Part shown: positions 8,667-19,262 of the stretch, piece after piece
Layout: each line of letters opens with the position of its first letter
Position numbering within the stretch: position 1 is the first letter of the stretch
NCBI RefSeq assembly: GCF_011745625.1
Contig: NW_027191509.1
Coordinates: 54,693 to 74,692 of the forward strand
Reading direction: 5' to 3'
Source: Cladosporium halotolerans
Lineage: Eukaryota
Length of the DNA stretch: 20,000 nucleotides
The notes under the pieces: generated by a model
Seen by the model: the letters and a program-made list of their open reading frames with translations, nothing else
Databases searched by the model: none
What the model was told of the DNA's origin: nothing
Program-made: the position numbers and the translations under genes

Positions 8667-9334
8667 AGCCGGTGTCACAGCGGGCGACCAAACGCCAGCG
8701 AAGGCGCGGACAGGCTGGTCTTGTGATGTTGCTGGGCTTGGAGGGAGGTTACGAAACCAGACAGGCTCCTCTGGCGGATCCAGTTTGGCAACCAAGACTG
8801 CGGCGTTAGATGATGCTGTGATGGGCGATAGCTCTGCTGAAGTTGACAGAGAAGAATATAGAGCAAGATATCCCTGGAGCACAGCGCATCGAACGACGAG
8901 GACAGACCGTGAGCGAACTTACAGACAGGAGGACGGGTTCACAGACCGCGTCCGGCCTTTAGTTTGCCATGCTTCAGAGCATCGCGCGAGGATATGTGTG
9001 TCTTTGTCGCAAGCGGCCAAACATGTGCGAGTGAGCCGGAAGCGGAAAGCCACTGCACTCCGGACACACGACTGTACCTGAACACCAGACAATGACATGA
9101 TTATATTCAATTCATGGCCTCGATGGCCTCGTTGCAGAGAATTGCAGGCATTTCCATTGTTGCTTAGAGATTGAGAGATGCTGTGGATTCCGTTTGCTTC
9201 GCTAGCCAGGGTGTCACCTACCTACTCCGCTGCGGATTGTGTTTGTTCGCCAAGACTCACTGGAATGTACACGTTCCTACCAATGTGATGACCCAAATCC
9301 CCACTTGTAACAGACAACATTACCACTTGCATAG

Positions 9335-9472
9335 TTCGCGCTTTGCCTAGTAGCGCTCACCTACCGTACGTGAACCAATTGCGGGTACTGCTTTGCGACC
9401 TGGTCTTCGCGCTCTGCCTAGTAGCACGCACCTACCAGATATAAACGAATTGCGAGTTCTGTTTAGCGACCT
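9335..9472. repeat. Diverged tandem duplication, period 71 nt (9335-9401, 9406-9472)
   Basis: ttcgcgctttgcctagtagcgctcacctacc..aattgcgggtactg..gcgacct versus ttcgcgctctgcctagtagcacgcacctacc..aattgcgagttctg..gcgacct. Confidence 0.9.
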
Positions 9473-9598
9473 CTCCTGTAGAAAGTAAGCTCGCATGAGA
9501 TCAGGAAATCATTTAAATCGTCGAGGCTGTGGACTAATGAGACTGCGGTCATGTGATGAAGGTTTTATCTATCGTACAGTCGTCCCCGTTACTTGCTC

Positions 9599-11194
9599 CT
9601 AACGCGGCATGGCAGCGTTCGAGTTCTTGCTTGACTCACCCAATCTCGAATAGAGCATGTAAAGGGCCATTTGGTTGCACTCCTGCGTGCCGGTGATGGT
9701 GACCAGGCGTTCGTTGTTGTTGTCCTGCGGCTCATTGATCTTGATGACACTGCCGCTGAGCTGGCGTATTTCGTTGATCTTGGCACCTCCTTTTCCGATG
9801 ATCGCACCGACCATGTCGTTGGGAATGAAGATCTGCTGAGTAATGGGCTGGCCGGGGAAAGCAGCGCCGCCTTGCATAGGCTGTTGAGGTGCGGCAGGGC
9901 CAGGCGCCGCTGGGCCGGCATGGCCGTAGGGTTGGGGCTGCTGAGGACCTGCGCCAACGTACGGAGTACGAGGAGAGCCCGCGCCGTATCCCATGGCAGC
10001 CTGCGGGTGCTGGACCGGAGGTTGGCCCTGCTGATAGGGCATGGCGTACTGTGGGGCGGGAGTACGTCCAGACGGGTGTCCTTGCCTGCCACGGTACTGA
10101 TCAGGATGACCCATCTGGCCTCCAGCATGCTGAGGAACATAAGGCACGACCTGCATACCACCGGGCACGACACCCTGCGGCCCACCGTGGCGAACAGCAT
10201 AAGCCGAAGCAGCAGGGCCTCCAAAGCGCTCGGTCAGCTGCTCGACAAGTGTGCTGCCAACATAGTAGGTGGCAATGTGAACAGCGTCAGCGACACCAAG
10301 CACCACGAGAGAGCGCTCAGTGGAAAGCGGCAGACACGACTCAGAAGCATTGAGGCGAGCTCCGGAGGCCTCCTGGATTTCGCGAATCCTCACACCTTGC
10401 TTGCCGATGATAGAGCCAATCAGAATGTGAGGGATGAGAAGACGAAGAGGGTAGGTCTTGGATTGCGGTGTCGAAGGCTGCTCCAGCGGCTCTTGGTTCA
10501 GTGTGCGAATGATAAGGCCAAACGCCTAGGAAATGGTTAGCTTCTGTCATATCAAAAGGTCAAGGTGTTCGCGCTCATTTACCTTAGCAACAGCGTCAAC
10601 AAGACCGCTGACTGTGAGAATGCGCTCAACGGCGCCTCTGGAATATTCGCTGACTGTGCATTTGGCTCCAGCCATGCGACGGATCTGGCTGACGTTTTCA
10701 CCGCCCTTTCCGATGACGGTCGCGGCCTCGGCGCTCGAAATGATGGCGCGCACATGAAGCCAGCCAGTCTCATCGCGCTGGTCGTAGTGCGGAGCATGGG
10801 ATGAAGTGTGGTTCTCCTCGGCCGTGCCAGTCGATTGAACAGGCTTAGTTTCCAGAATCTGGTTCGTCGCAGCAGTGCCGTTGGCTGACACAGGAGCGTC
10901 GGGTACCACGGTATCGCCCTGCTTGTCGGTGGCTTCAGCACCGGTCGAGGATTTGGCAGCTTCAGACGTTTCATTTTTGGCTTGTCCGTCTTTGGTTGCA
11001 TTGTCGCTGTTTTCGACATTTGGTGTCACATCCGCGGCGTCGGCATCTGTCGCACCGTCATTCCTGCTAATTTTATCAAGCGCTGGGCGCTTGGCGTCAG
11101 GGCCGTCGGTCGGTCCGGAGGGGGAGGATGGTTCCTCGAGGGGACGCTTCTGAGACGGCATAGAAGTCTCGTGGGGAGTCTGAGGCTCGGCCAT
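9599..11194 (-). CDS. rnc1: Three-KH-domain RNA-binding protein (Rnc1/Pbp2/hnRNP K-like). Exons 11194-10583 and 10525-9640; last exon uncertain (stop at 9601-9599 if the 9639 donor is unused)
   Basis: Three KH GxxG loops (VIGKGGENV, IIGKQGVRI, IIGKGGAKI). Intron 10582-10526 (GTAAAT..GCTAAC..TAG) keeps the frame. A GTGAGT donor follows YSRL at 9639. Confidence 0.9.
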
Positions 11195-11196
11195 TG

Positions 11197-11624
11197 CTGT
11201 TGTTGTGTTTTGGAGAGGAAAGCGGGAAAATAGTGTTGGCAGAATTGCTTTCTCTTTGAGAGAGCTGGCTGTATTGCTTGCCTATCTGTCTTGACTTGCA
11301 CGTGAAGGGGTCGTGATGCCAAAGGGAGCGTGGTGCGACGGCTGGTGGTGAGGAAGGGTTTGTGTGAGGTGCAGTGCTCAAGGAGGGCAGGACGGCGATG
11401 GTCGAGCTGGCAGGTGATGGTGGTGTTGTGAGGAGGAGCAGTGCTGGAGGTGTGTGTGCAGCGTGACGGCGGAAAGGCTCGAGGGTGGTATGATGGTGTG
11501 CAGTAGAGTGAGCGTCGGGCAGGTGGGAGTGTGCTTGCGCGCGTGTGGGAGGTCGGTGTAACTTGAAGGCAGGGTGTTTCGCTGAACCAAGTGAAAACCG
11601 AGTGTTCCCAGCTCTTTCGCGTAC
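11197..11624 (-). other. Putative long C/A-rich 5'UTR intron of the KH gene
   Basis: GTACGC donor at 11624 and a CAG acceptor ending 2 nt before the ATG. No canonical branch site (best match GCCAAC). Confidence 0.45.
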
Positions 11625-11836
11625 TTAGCCTGCTCGTGCCCGCGACGATGACAGCAAGATGGCGCTGCGTCGAAGATAGAGCACGGGAGAGATGGGAGGA
11701 GGGTCGTGCAATGGTAAGTGCGGAGTGAGGAGTTGGTAGTGCGTGTCAAGATTGGTGAAGCAAGGTCCTGAAGTTCGTGGTGGAGCACGGGAGCTCCTAG
11801 CGCGCGGCAGGTGCGGGAGGCGGGCGCCGGTACCTG

Positions 11837-11871
11837 ATTGGTCACTTGGCTGGATGAGTGCCTGAGGCACT
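11837..11871. promoter_or_regulatory. CCAAT box (- strand, 11837-11841) and palindrome AGTGCCT-G-AGGCACT (11857-11871) upstream of the KH gene
   Basis: Motifs read directly, at the upstream edge of the C/A-rich leader. Confidence 0.45.
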
Positions 11872-12178
11872 TATTCAGTCAGGGGACAGTGAATGATTTT
11901 CGTCGCAAAATGCAACGCACTTTTGAGAGACGTTTTTCAACGATGATGGTTGAAATGTTGCTCGGACACGTCTCTTACTGTGAATCTAAGATCAAATATA
12001 ACGATCGTATGCACGCCGAAGGCGTGCAAACATTTCTTGATGCCCCCACATCAAATGCACGACTCTTTCACGGTATTTTTCAAATGATTCTAAGTGGAAA
12101 GAAAAGGCTTACGCCCGGGATTGAACGAAAGAGCAAAAAGAAGAGGGTTCCAAAGATTATGAATGCAGCTTAGTGTGG

Positions 12179-12531
12179 CGGGCCAAGGATTCATCTGGTA
12201 AAAGGCAAGGTGAATGTTGGTTAACCCGACCACGCTGACCATCAATCAGAGCGGGTTTGGTGAATATATACCCCAATCTTTNNNNNNNNNNNNNNNNNNN
12301 NNNNNNNNNNNNNNNNNNNNNNNNNNNNNNNNNNNNNNNNNNNNNNNNNNNNNNNNNNNNNNNNNNNNNNNNNNNNNNNNNNNNNNNNNNNNNNNNNNNN
12401 NNNNNNNNNNNNNNNNNNNNNNNNNNNNCGGGCCAAGGATTCATCTGGTAAAAGGCAAGGTGAATGTTGGTTAACCCGACCACGCTGACCATCAATCAGA
12501 GCGGGTTTGGTGAATATATACCCCAATCTTT
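12179..12531. other. Assembly gap (N 12282-12428) flanked by an identical 103-nt duplication (12179-12281 = 12429-12531)
   Basis: Exact identity on both sides of the N run, typical of an unmerged contig overlap. Confidence 0.92.
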
Positions 12532-14126
12532 GCGGCAAGCCGTCGTGCTTCGCACAACGGCTTGCCGCGTGAGGGGGGGCGTTGTTGGATCTGGAAGAAA
12601 AGGTAGTACGCTCTATCTACGTTGAACACTTGGAAATAGGTAGACTTTGCCGTCTTGTCGGGGACAGAAAATCCTGACTCCCAGTCTCCGTTGTCGGTGC
12701 TATTTGCGGAGGAAGAATCGAATACATACTCAGGCGGATGAATTTTCACACGGAGCTGTTGCCACCTATGAGAAGATTTCGAAAGCCGCACAGGATAGCA
12801 CGCTGAAAAACTGATGCCGTGCGCGTCTCGTGTGTATTATGTGAGGCACGAGAATGTGGAAGGTTGAAATGTGTGCTGTTGAACAACCACGTTCGGTCGT
12901 GGGGGCGGACTATAGTCGCCCCTAGCGCGCCGGAGGTGGGCTGAAGTCGACCTCACGTCTCTGTCGTCCCCAGTTCCCCAGGGCAGGGGTACCTTAAGCC
13001 AATTCACGCATTTGATGCGACTTATTGCACAAGCAGATGCATCACACCTGTGTCCGCACTAGGTTGTCGTGCTCAACGGGTACAGGCTATAACGATGGAA
13101 AGGAATATTCGTGAGACTGTTCACGGAGTCTGATCACTTTCCAGGGGAATCGGCTAGGCGCTGAATTGAGTGTTTGACTGGCCCACTCCAGGGGAGAGAT
13201 AATGTTTGACAGCCACAGCAAAATACGACAGGGATGGAGCATTCTTACGATGTGCGAATTCAGTCTCGCACATCCTGGCTGAGTACTCTATCTCGACTTA
13301 ATCTCTCCTACATCTATAGCTGACCAAGATAGGTGCTTCGCCGCTCTGAATGGATCACCTGGGCGTGATTATCTGGGCTCAAAAACTAACCTCGGAACAC
13401 TTGTTCTTCAACATGTGTCAAAGACCTTGCGGCCTAAGTGCGGTGTCGTCTCGTGCTGACATGTGCGAGCATGATTCGTTCTGCTTTCTTCCATGCACGA
13501 GCACATCACCCAGGCGCATGCCATGTTGCTTCTATGGCTTATTGCGGGCTCGGCTCGCTTCGCAAGCTCACGCTGGGGTTGTCGCGCGAGGCTACTGGCC
13601 ACGCTCGAGTCGGATTCGTGTTCGCGATCCAACGAACTCAAGATTGTCCACTGTCGAAGTGATACCAGGCACTTCCCACGCATCCACACATCATTGTGAG
13701 TTAACAATGGGGCGGTGCCAGTCCTGAAACCAGCACTGCAGGTTGACGTGCCGTCACAGCACGTCTACCTCTTGCGTCTGCGGCCCCGCCAGGACGTGAA
13801 GCGCCTCGCACCTTCCGCGAACGACCTCACTGCAACCAATAGAGCCTCGCGCCAAGCCCCACTCCCGTCCCGGCTTTGGTTTTGTCTCGAGCTTTGCAAA
13901 TTTCCTCCTTCCTTCCCTTTCTCTCCTTACACCGAATCAACGCGCAACTGGCCGGTGGAAACATCGCGCCAGTACTTTGGGTCTTTGTGGGCGGCCGACG
14001 AGCCTCCACACCTTTGCGCTCGGTTTTCGGCCGAAGGGCCTAAAACTCGGCCATCGCGCCACACAGGCCACCGGCCTTTTGGGGTGCTCCAACGGGGGCC
14101 CCAGCTTTCAAAAACACACCGCGACT

Positions 14127-14591
14127 ATGTCGCACACAGACTCTCCGGAGTCTGTGACCGTCCGTGGATCCAACGGGTCTGCGGAGCATTCACTCTCTTC
14201 TTTCCCTGGATCATCAAGGTCCTTGGAGCATTCACCCTCTTCTTTCCTTGGTCCATCTAGGACCCTGGAGCTTTCCACTTCTTCTGCTTCAGCACGGCAA
14301 AGCGCCCCAAAGACAGCGTCCGGCGACACCAGGACGTAAAGCCAGGCTCCGCAGAACACCAGCTATGCCGAACTAGTCAACACTGCTCCGATGGTCAAAC
14401 TCGCTGGCCCACTGCTGGAAACGAGCGCAGTATCGGCGACTACTTCAGACCGAGCGCCTCCACAGCCCGCCGATGAGGAAGATCTCCCGACGACCGGAGT
14501 CCTCGAAGACGACTTTAAGTCCTGGATCGCCGTCGTCGTCGTCGTCGCCGTCGTGGTCGTAATCGTGGTGGCTTTGTCTTCCGATCGCTGA
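14127..14591 (+). pseudogene. Possible orphan gene or pseudogene: Ser-rich repeats, in-frame TAA at 14337-14339, hydrophobic C-terminal tail
   Basis: ATG 14127 lies downstream of a pyrimidine tract (~13901-13930). ORFs 13977..14339 and 14391..14591 share a frame. No recognisable homology. Confidence 0.25.
14183..14286 (+). repeat. 42-nt tandem repeat, ~2.5 copies
   Basis: ggagcattcac/ggagcattcac/ggagctttcc start at 14183, 14225 and 14267; translates as EHSLSSFPGSSRSL / EHSPSSFLGPSRTL / ELSTSS. Confidence 0.85.
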
Positions 14592-15046
14592 AAGATTTCA
14601 ACCAGGGCCGAGCCATCCGAGGCCGTGAGACAGGGTATGCCGGTCCCTACTTTGACACAGACCGGCGAAGGCCTCGATTTTGGCTCCTCTCCTCCTTCCG
14701 GGTCGGGGACATGGCCGAGCCCGTGGTGGACGGCACGCTGGTGGTCAAGAAGTCGTGGTGGAGGTCGAGGCGCATCTCGAGGCAGCGGCGGGAGCACCTG
14801 ACACCTTGTGTATATGGCTGCTTAGATGCCATGTGTCTGGCGCACGGAAGTTCCGGGAACCTCCTCGGTTCAGCGAGCTGGGACAGAGCTGCTTGGATGG
14901 TCGCCGCAGGGATATAAGCTCTGTGCGATGGACTTTCTTTCTCTTTTACTGACGATTTTTTACTTCCCCCCTTCATTACCATCTGCACTTGGTTTTCGTC
15001 AAGCAGTATGGAAGGCTTGGGAAGCCACCATGGAGGTTAGAAGGAA

Positions 15047-15082
15047 CGAAGTGCCGGGCCCGGGTCGAAGTGCCGGGCCCGG
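15047..15082. repeat. Short tandem duplication, period 19 nt
   Basis: cgaagtgccgggcccgg at 15047 and 15066. Confidence 0.85.
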
Positions 15083-15456
15083 AAGAAGGTGCTTAGAAGT
15101 TAGGAACTGGCGCGCCAGAAAAGGCCCAATGAAAAAAATGAGTGTTACTCACAACGCAAGTGTTCTTCGTGGAGAACGGTCTGTCATGGAATATAGAGCA
15201 GAAGGTACCACGCCACTTGGCCGTAAGGTACTGGAGTGTGAGAAGCACTTAACCTGGTAACTATAAGACATGATTTGTCGATACTCCAATCGTGCAGACT
15301 ATTGTTTCATGTTGTAGGCTATTCGCTGATCGGGTGTAGCATGTAACTTGCAGCAGACAGTTGAATCATTCACAAAGCACTCTTCAGTCTAGGATGGAAG
15401 ACGATCATCATAGTTCAGCTATCATGTAGTCATAACAATCATCAGGCAGAAGCGAC

Positions 15457-16319
15457 CTACGAGCTCATAGAGCTGTCGCTCTTCCTAGCCTCGGCAATCT
15501 CATTCTCCTTCAGCTCCCTGAGCGTACCCGTGTTGGCAACGCCACCGGTGATGTTGGCGCCAATAATCTCCTTCGCGAATCCGAGACCTCCGACATCATG
15601 CTTCCAATAAGAAATGTCTGCATAAGCTCGTCAGCAAGAGACCCGTCGATTTTCGGCATCGCTTCGACTTACACTTGGCCTTGATCTCGATCAGCTTCAT
15701 ACGAGGGTCTTCTGGGCCACCAGTATGGACGCCGTCCTTAAGGTCGCCGAACCAGGCGGCCGCGCCCTTGCTCCAGACCTCCTTGATGCGAGGGTCGGAG
15801 TTGCTGGTGGTGACGGCCTCGCCGGTGATGGAGACCCAGTCCTGGTTGCTAGAGTTGACGAAGGAGATGTTGGCTTCGCTTGGTCCCTTCTCGAGGTCGT
15901 CAAACTTCTGGCTGTGGGCGTTGGCAAGGAAGAGGAAGTCGGGGCCGGTGCGCTTGGCTACAGCCATAGAGCGGCCGACAGGCTGGAGCGTTGTCAGTGG
16001 TTTGCGGACATGCAAGAGATTCGGTTGATATTACGCCAATGCCTGGACGGTACGTGCCCAGCATGCCAATCTTGAGACCATCAACAATGGAATAAAGATC
16101 CTTGGTCTTGGTCTCGAGGGAAGACTCGGAGTCGAATTGCTTTGCGACCGAAGGGTCGGTCTTGGAGTTGACCTCCTCGGGCTTCAAAGGCTCAGGCATG
16201 TTGATTTTGGTGGTCGATCCGAAAGATCGGACAGGAAATGTGGTAAGGGCCGGTTTGCAGCAAGATTGGGTGGAAATGCGAGTCACGAGAGATGTCAAAG
16301 TACGCCTGGTAGTGAACAT
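15457..16319 (-). CDS. bli-3: Bli-3-like / general stress protein, FMN-binding split barrel (pyridoxamine 5'-phosphate oxidase-like). Exons 16319 (or 16199)-16035, 15982-15673, 15617-15457
   Basis: Spliced product contains RSMAVAKR..DFLFLAN..SQKFDDL..NISF..WVSITGEA..AWFGDLKDGVHTGGPEDPRMKLI..YW. Introns 16034-15983 (GTAATA..CTGAC..CAG) and 15672-15618 (GTAAGT..GCTGAC..CAG) preserve the frame. Symbol indicates the family only. Confidence 0.88.
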
Positions 16320-16852
16320 CTTTAGGAGCGGAACCGGTACTTTGGAGATGTTTTGTACTTGAGCTCTTCTCGCTGCCAATGCAACAGCTGCGGCGAGCTG
16401 CGCGCACCCACCTTGGAGACGTATCGCTACACGGTAATAGTGACGCGGTTCTAGGCAACGTTGGCGGAAGTCATGATGTAACAATCCTGCAGGCAAGCCT
16501 GCCGTCCCTGCCAGCCCAGTATAATGGCAACACAGGCGGAGATGGACCCTCACGGACTTCGAAGGCCGCGCGTGATGAGATCTCGATGTAGTGGTGTTAC
16601 AGGTCTAGGTCTTTGCGTTGGTGTTTGGATTCGGATGTCAACAGTATCCGCTTGCCGACGGAGGACGTCGTGACGTTGAGGAACGTCCCCGCAAGCTTGA
16701 TATTTACGGCTTAACATCATCTTTTCTATTGATAGAATACTTGGCTCGCAATTCGCGATTGATTATCCCAATGCCATCGCTTGACGCAAGTTGTAGATGG
16801 ACTGTTGCTCAGTACAATGATCACCCCGAACGGTGGTCTTCAAGCGACGGCT

Positions 16853-16870
16853 ACCCTAACCCTAACCCTA
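16853..16870. repeat. Three units of the telomeric repeat (ACCCTA)3 = (TTAGGG)n, interstitial
   Basis: accctaaccctaacccta in the divergent bli-3/pectate lyase intergenic region. Confidence 0.8.
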
Positions 16871-17821
16871 CGAAACTCTCTCTGAGGTCACCCGGGAGTT
16901 TGTTATACCTAACACCGAATCCATTATTTACATGAAGCACACGATAGCATATGGAACTGCCCGACATTCAAACATTCCACTCCAAGATTTCCTCTGCATT
17001 GGACTCCTTGTCTTTGTAGAGGCGACCAGTAGGGCTAACCGGCTAGTTTAACTGAAACGCACCAACTCCAGCCATCCCAACCCGCAACAAACAGCCAAGC
17101 CACTTTACCGCAAGAAGAACGGAGTCTGGAGGATGAGACCTGGAGGAATATTCCTCCAGGTCAGAAATCTTTTTCGACTGGCTATTCTTGTTGCAGAATC
17201 TCCGTGACAGGCGCGTGATCTTAGATCCTGTTGCGCCTCTGGTCCTGTCGCTCACTCATCTTTTACAGGCACCAGTCATCCAGAGGTCTGTGGCATGGCT
17301 CTCTCTGGTAAACATCACAATCTCGACTTCTAGACGAGATGGTAGCACTTCAAGCTCAATTCAAGATTGGGGAGAGCCTTCTTGAACGCCAATAGCAATA
17401 GCTATCCCCAAGGTAAATAAACATGGTACCGTACTACCATCCCTCCTAGACTTCCCAAAGGTGGCTTTCCGGTGGAGAGCCTACTAGGTGGCTGGACACA
17501 GATTCACAGATAAGTGGTGGAGAGTCGCGTGCTGACAGCCGGAAAATCCATGACTCGATAAGCCTGCTTTCACACTGTTGTTCTCCCCTGCCAAGCGCTT
17601 GATATGATTGAAGGTATCATACCACTGGTCATGCTCCATGGCCAGATGAAATAGCTCTTGTCTTAGGTTGGTGGAACCTGGCAAGCCCTCGAAGACATAG
17701 GGCAAGCCCTAATGAAGCAGATGGGTCTGGATCTCTGAGCTACAGAGTACAAATAGGTGCGTGCCAGCAGTGAGTAGTAATCGTAGTCGCTCAACGCCGC
17801 TTTACCTGAACACCACTCAAG

Positions 17822-19088
17822 ATGGTCAAGTATTTAACGCTGGCGGTGGCCTTTGTCGGCGCCGCTCAAAGCAAGGATATCTTCGTTTCGCCTTCAGGAA
17901 CAGGATCCGGTTCTCAGACTGCTCCTTTTGGGTCAATTCAATCGGCCGTCAATGCTGCCGTCGCTGGAGACAATATTCTCCTCCGAGCTGGTACCTACAA
18001 GCCGACTACAAACATCCAGATCACAAAGAGTGGTACTAGGACGTCTCCAATCACCCTTCGCTCGTTCGAGAAGGAAAAGGTGATAATCGATGGAGAGAGC
18101 CTCCCAGGGTTAGTACTCCACACGAAGCTCTCAGGAAGCCAAGCTGACCCCGAGTAGCACTCCGTACGGCCTGGATGAGTCTTTGCCCAACAAGGAGCGA
18201 GGCATCCTTCACATCGAGAAGGGGAACTACTGGAAGTTCTACAACCTCGAGTCAGTACAGTACGGATCTCATACAGCCTAGTGCTTGTACTTACCCAGAT
18301 ATAGGCTGATAAACGGACCGTACGGCATCTACGCCCGTGACGCGTCACACAACTACTACGAGCTCATCACGACGCACGACAACTACGAGACGGGCTTTCA
18401 GCTGCAAGGATCGTCCTCCAATAACACCGTGATCTACCTCGACTCCTACCGTAACCGCGACCCTCGCAAGAACGGCGAGAGCGCTGACGGCTTTGCCTGC
18501 AAAGAGGGATCTGGTGAAGGCAACGTGCTTCGCAATGCACGCCTCTGGGATAACGTTGATGACGGGCTCGACCTCTTCATGTTCGGCTCTGCCGTAACCT
18601 TGGAGGAGGTATACGCCTGGAGCAATGGCTTCAACAGATGGGGCTTCAGTGGCTTCAATGGTGATGGCAATGGCTTCAAGCTGGGCATCACCGACAACCC
18701 CCCGGCGAACCACATTGTACGCAACTGCATGGCCTTCGGTAACGCGAAGAAGGGTTTCATTGACAACGGCAACCCCGGCAAGCTGACCGTTGAGCGCAAC
18801 ACTGCCTGGAACAATGGCGACGTCGGCTTCAACTTCAGGAGCTCGACTTCTTCTCTCACCAAGAACATCGCTGCGGTCAACGTCGGTAGTGCCCAGGTTA
18901 CTCTCGTTTCCTCCGTCACGGCTTCCGGTAACTCGTGGCAGTCTGGCTCATGGTCTAACACCTCCTTCGAGAGTGTCAACCCATCTGTGCTGAAGGGCGC
19001 CAGAGGCTCTGACGGCCGCGTGAAGGCAAGTGGGTTCTTGATTCCTGTTGGAAAGGACATTGGTGCGACAACTCGCGCGGATATCTAG
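17822..19088 (+). CDS. Secreted pectate lyase, polysaccharide lyase family 9 (PelL/Pel9A-like beta-helix). Exons 17822-18108, 18158-18250, 18305-19088
   Basis: Signal peptide MVKYLTLAVAFVGAAQS. Motifs AGDNILLRAGTY, ADGFACK, WDNVDDGLD, GDGNGFKLG. Introns 18109-18157 (GTTAGT..GCTGAC..TAG) and 18251-18304 (GTCAGT..ACTTAC..TAG) keep the frame. Confidence 0.92.
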
Positions 19089-19262
19089 TGGTTCGTACAA
19101 TCTGCATCCGTAGCTTTGGGATGAGATCCGCCAATTGCTGGGTATATGTAAAGTAGCTGTTATGTTCAAGAAGGAATGTATGAGCAGAGATGATATGCCA
19201 GAAACACGCGCCGCAACTCCTTTCATCATGCAATGCAACGCCGTATAATAATGTAGTCCCAG

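Noticed and set aside
9283..9640. Box C/D snoRNAs from GTGATGA motifs on the + strand
   Set aside because: No D box (CTGA) with a terminal stem at a suitable distance, and the motifs are antisense to the flanking genes.
12179..12531. Biological direct repeat or LTR pair around the N run
   Set aside because: Perfect identity ending exactly at the gap edges points to a scaffolding artefact, so ORFs crossing the Ns are meaningless.
16600..17800. Telomerase RNA with the (ACCCTA)3 stretch as template
   Set aside because: Three full repeats exceed the usual ~1.5-repeat template, the intergenic space is short for a ~2 kb RNA, and no pseudoknot or long arms were evident.
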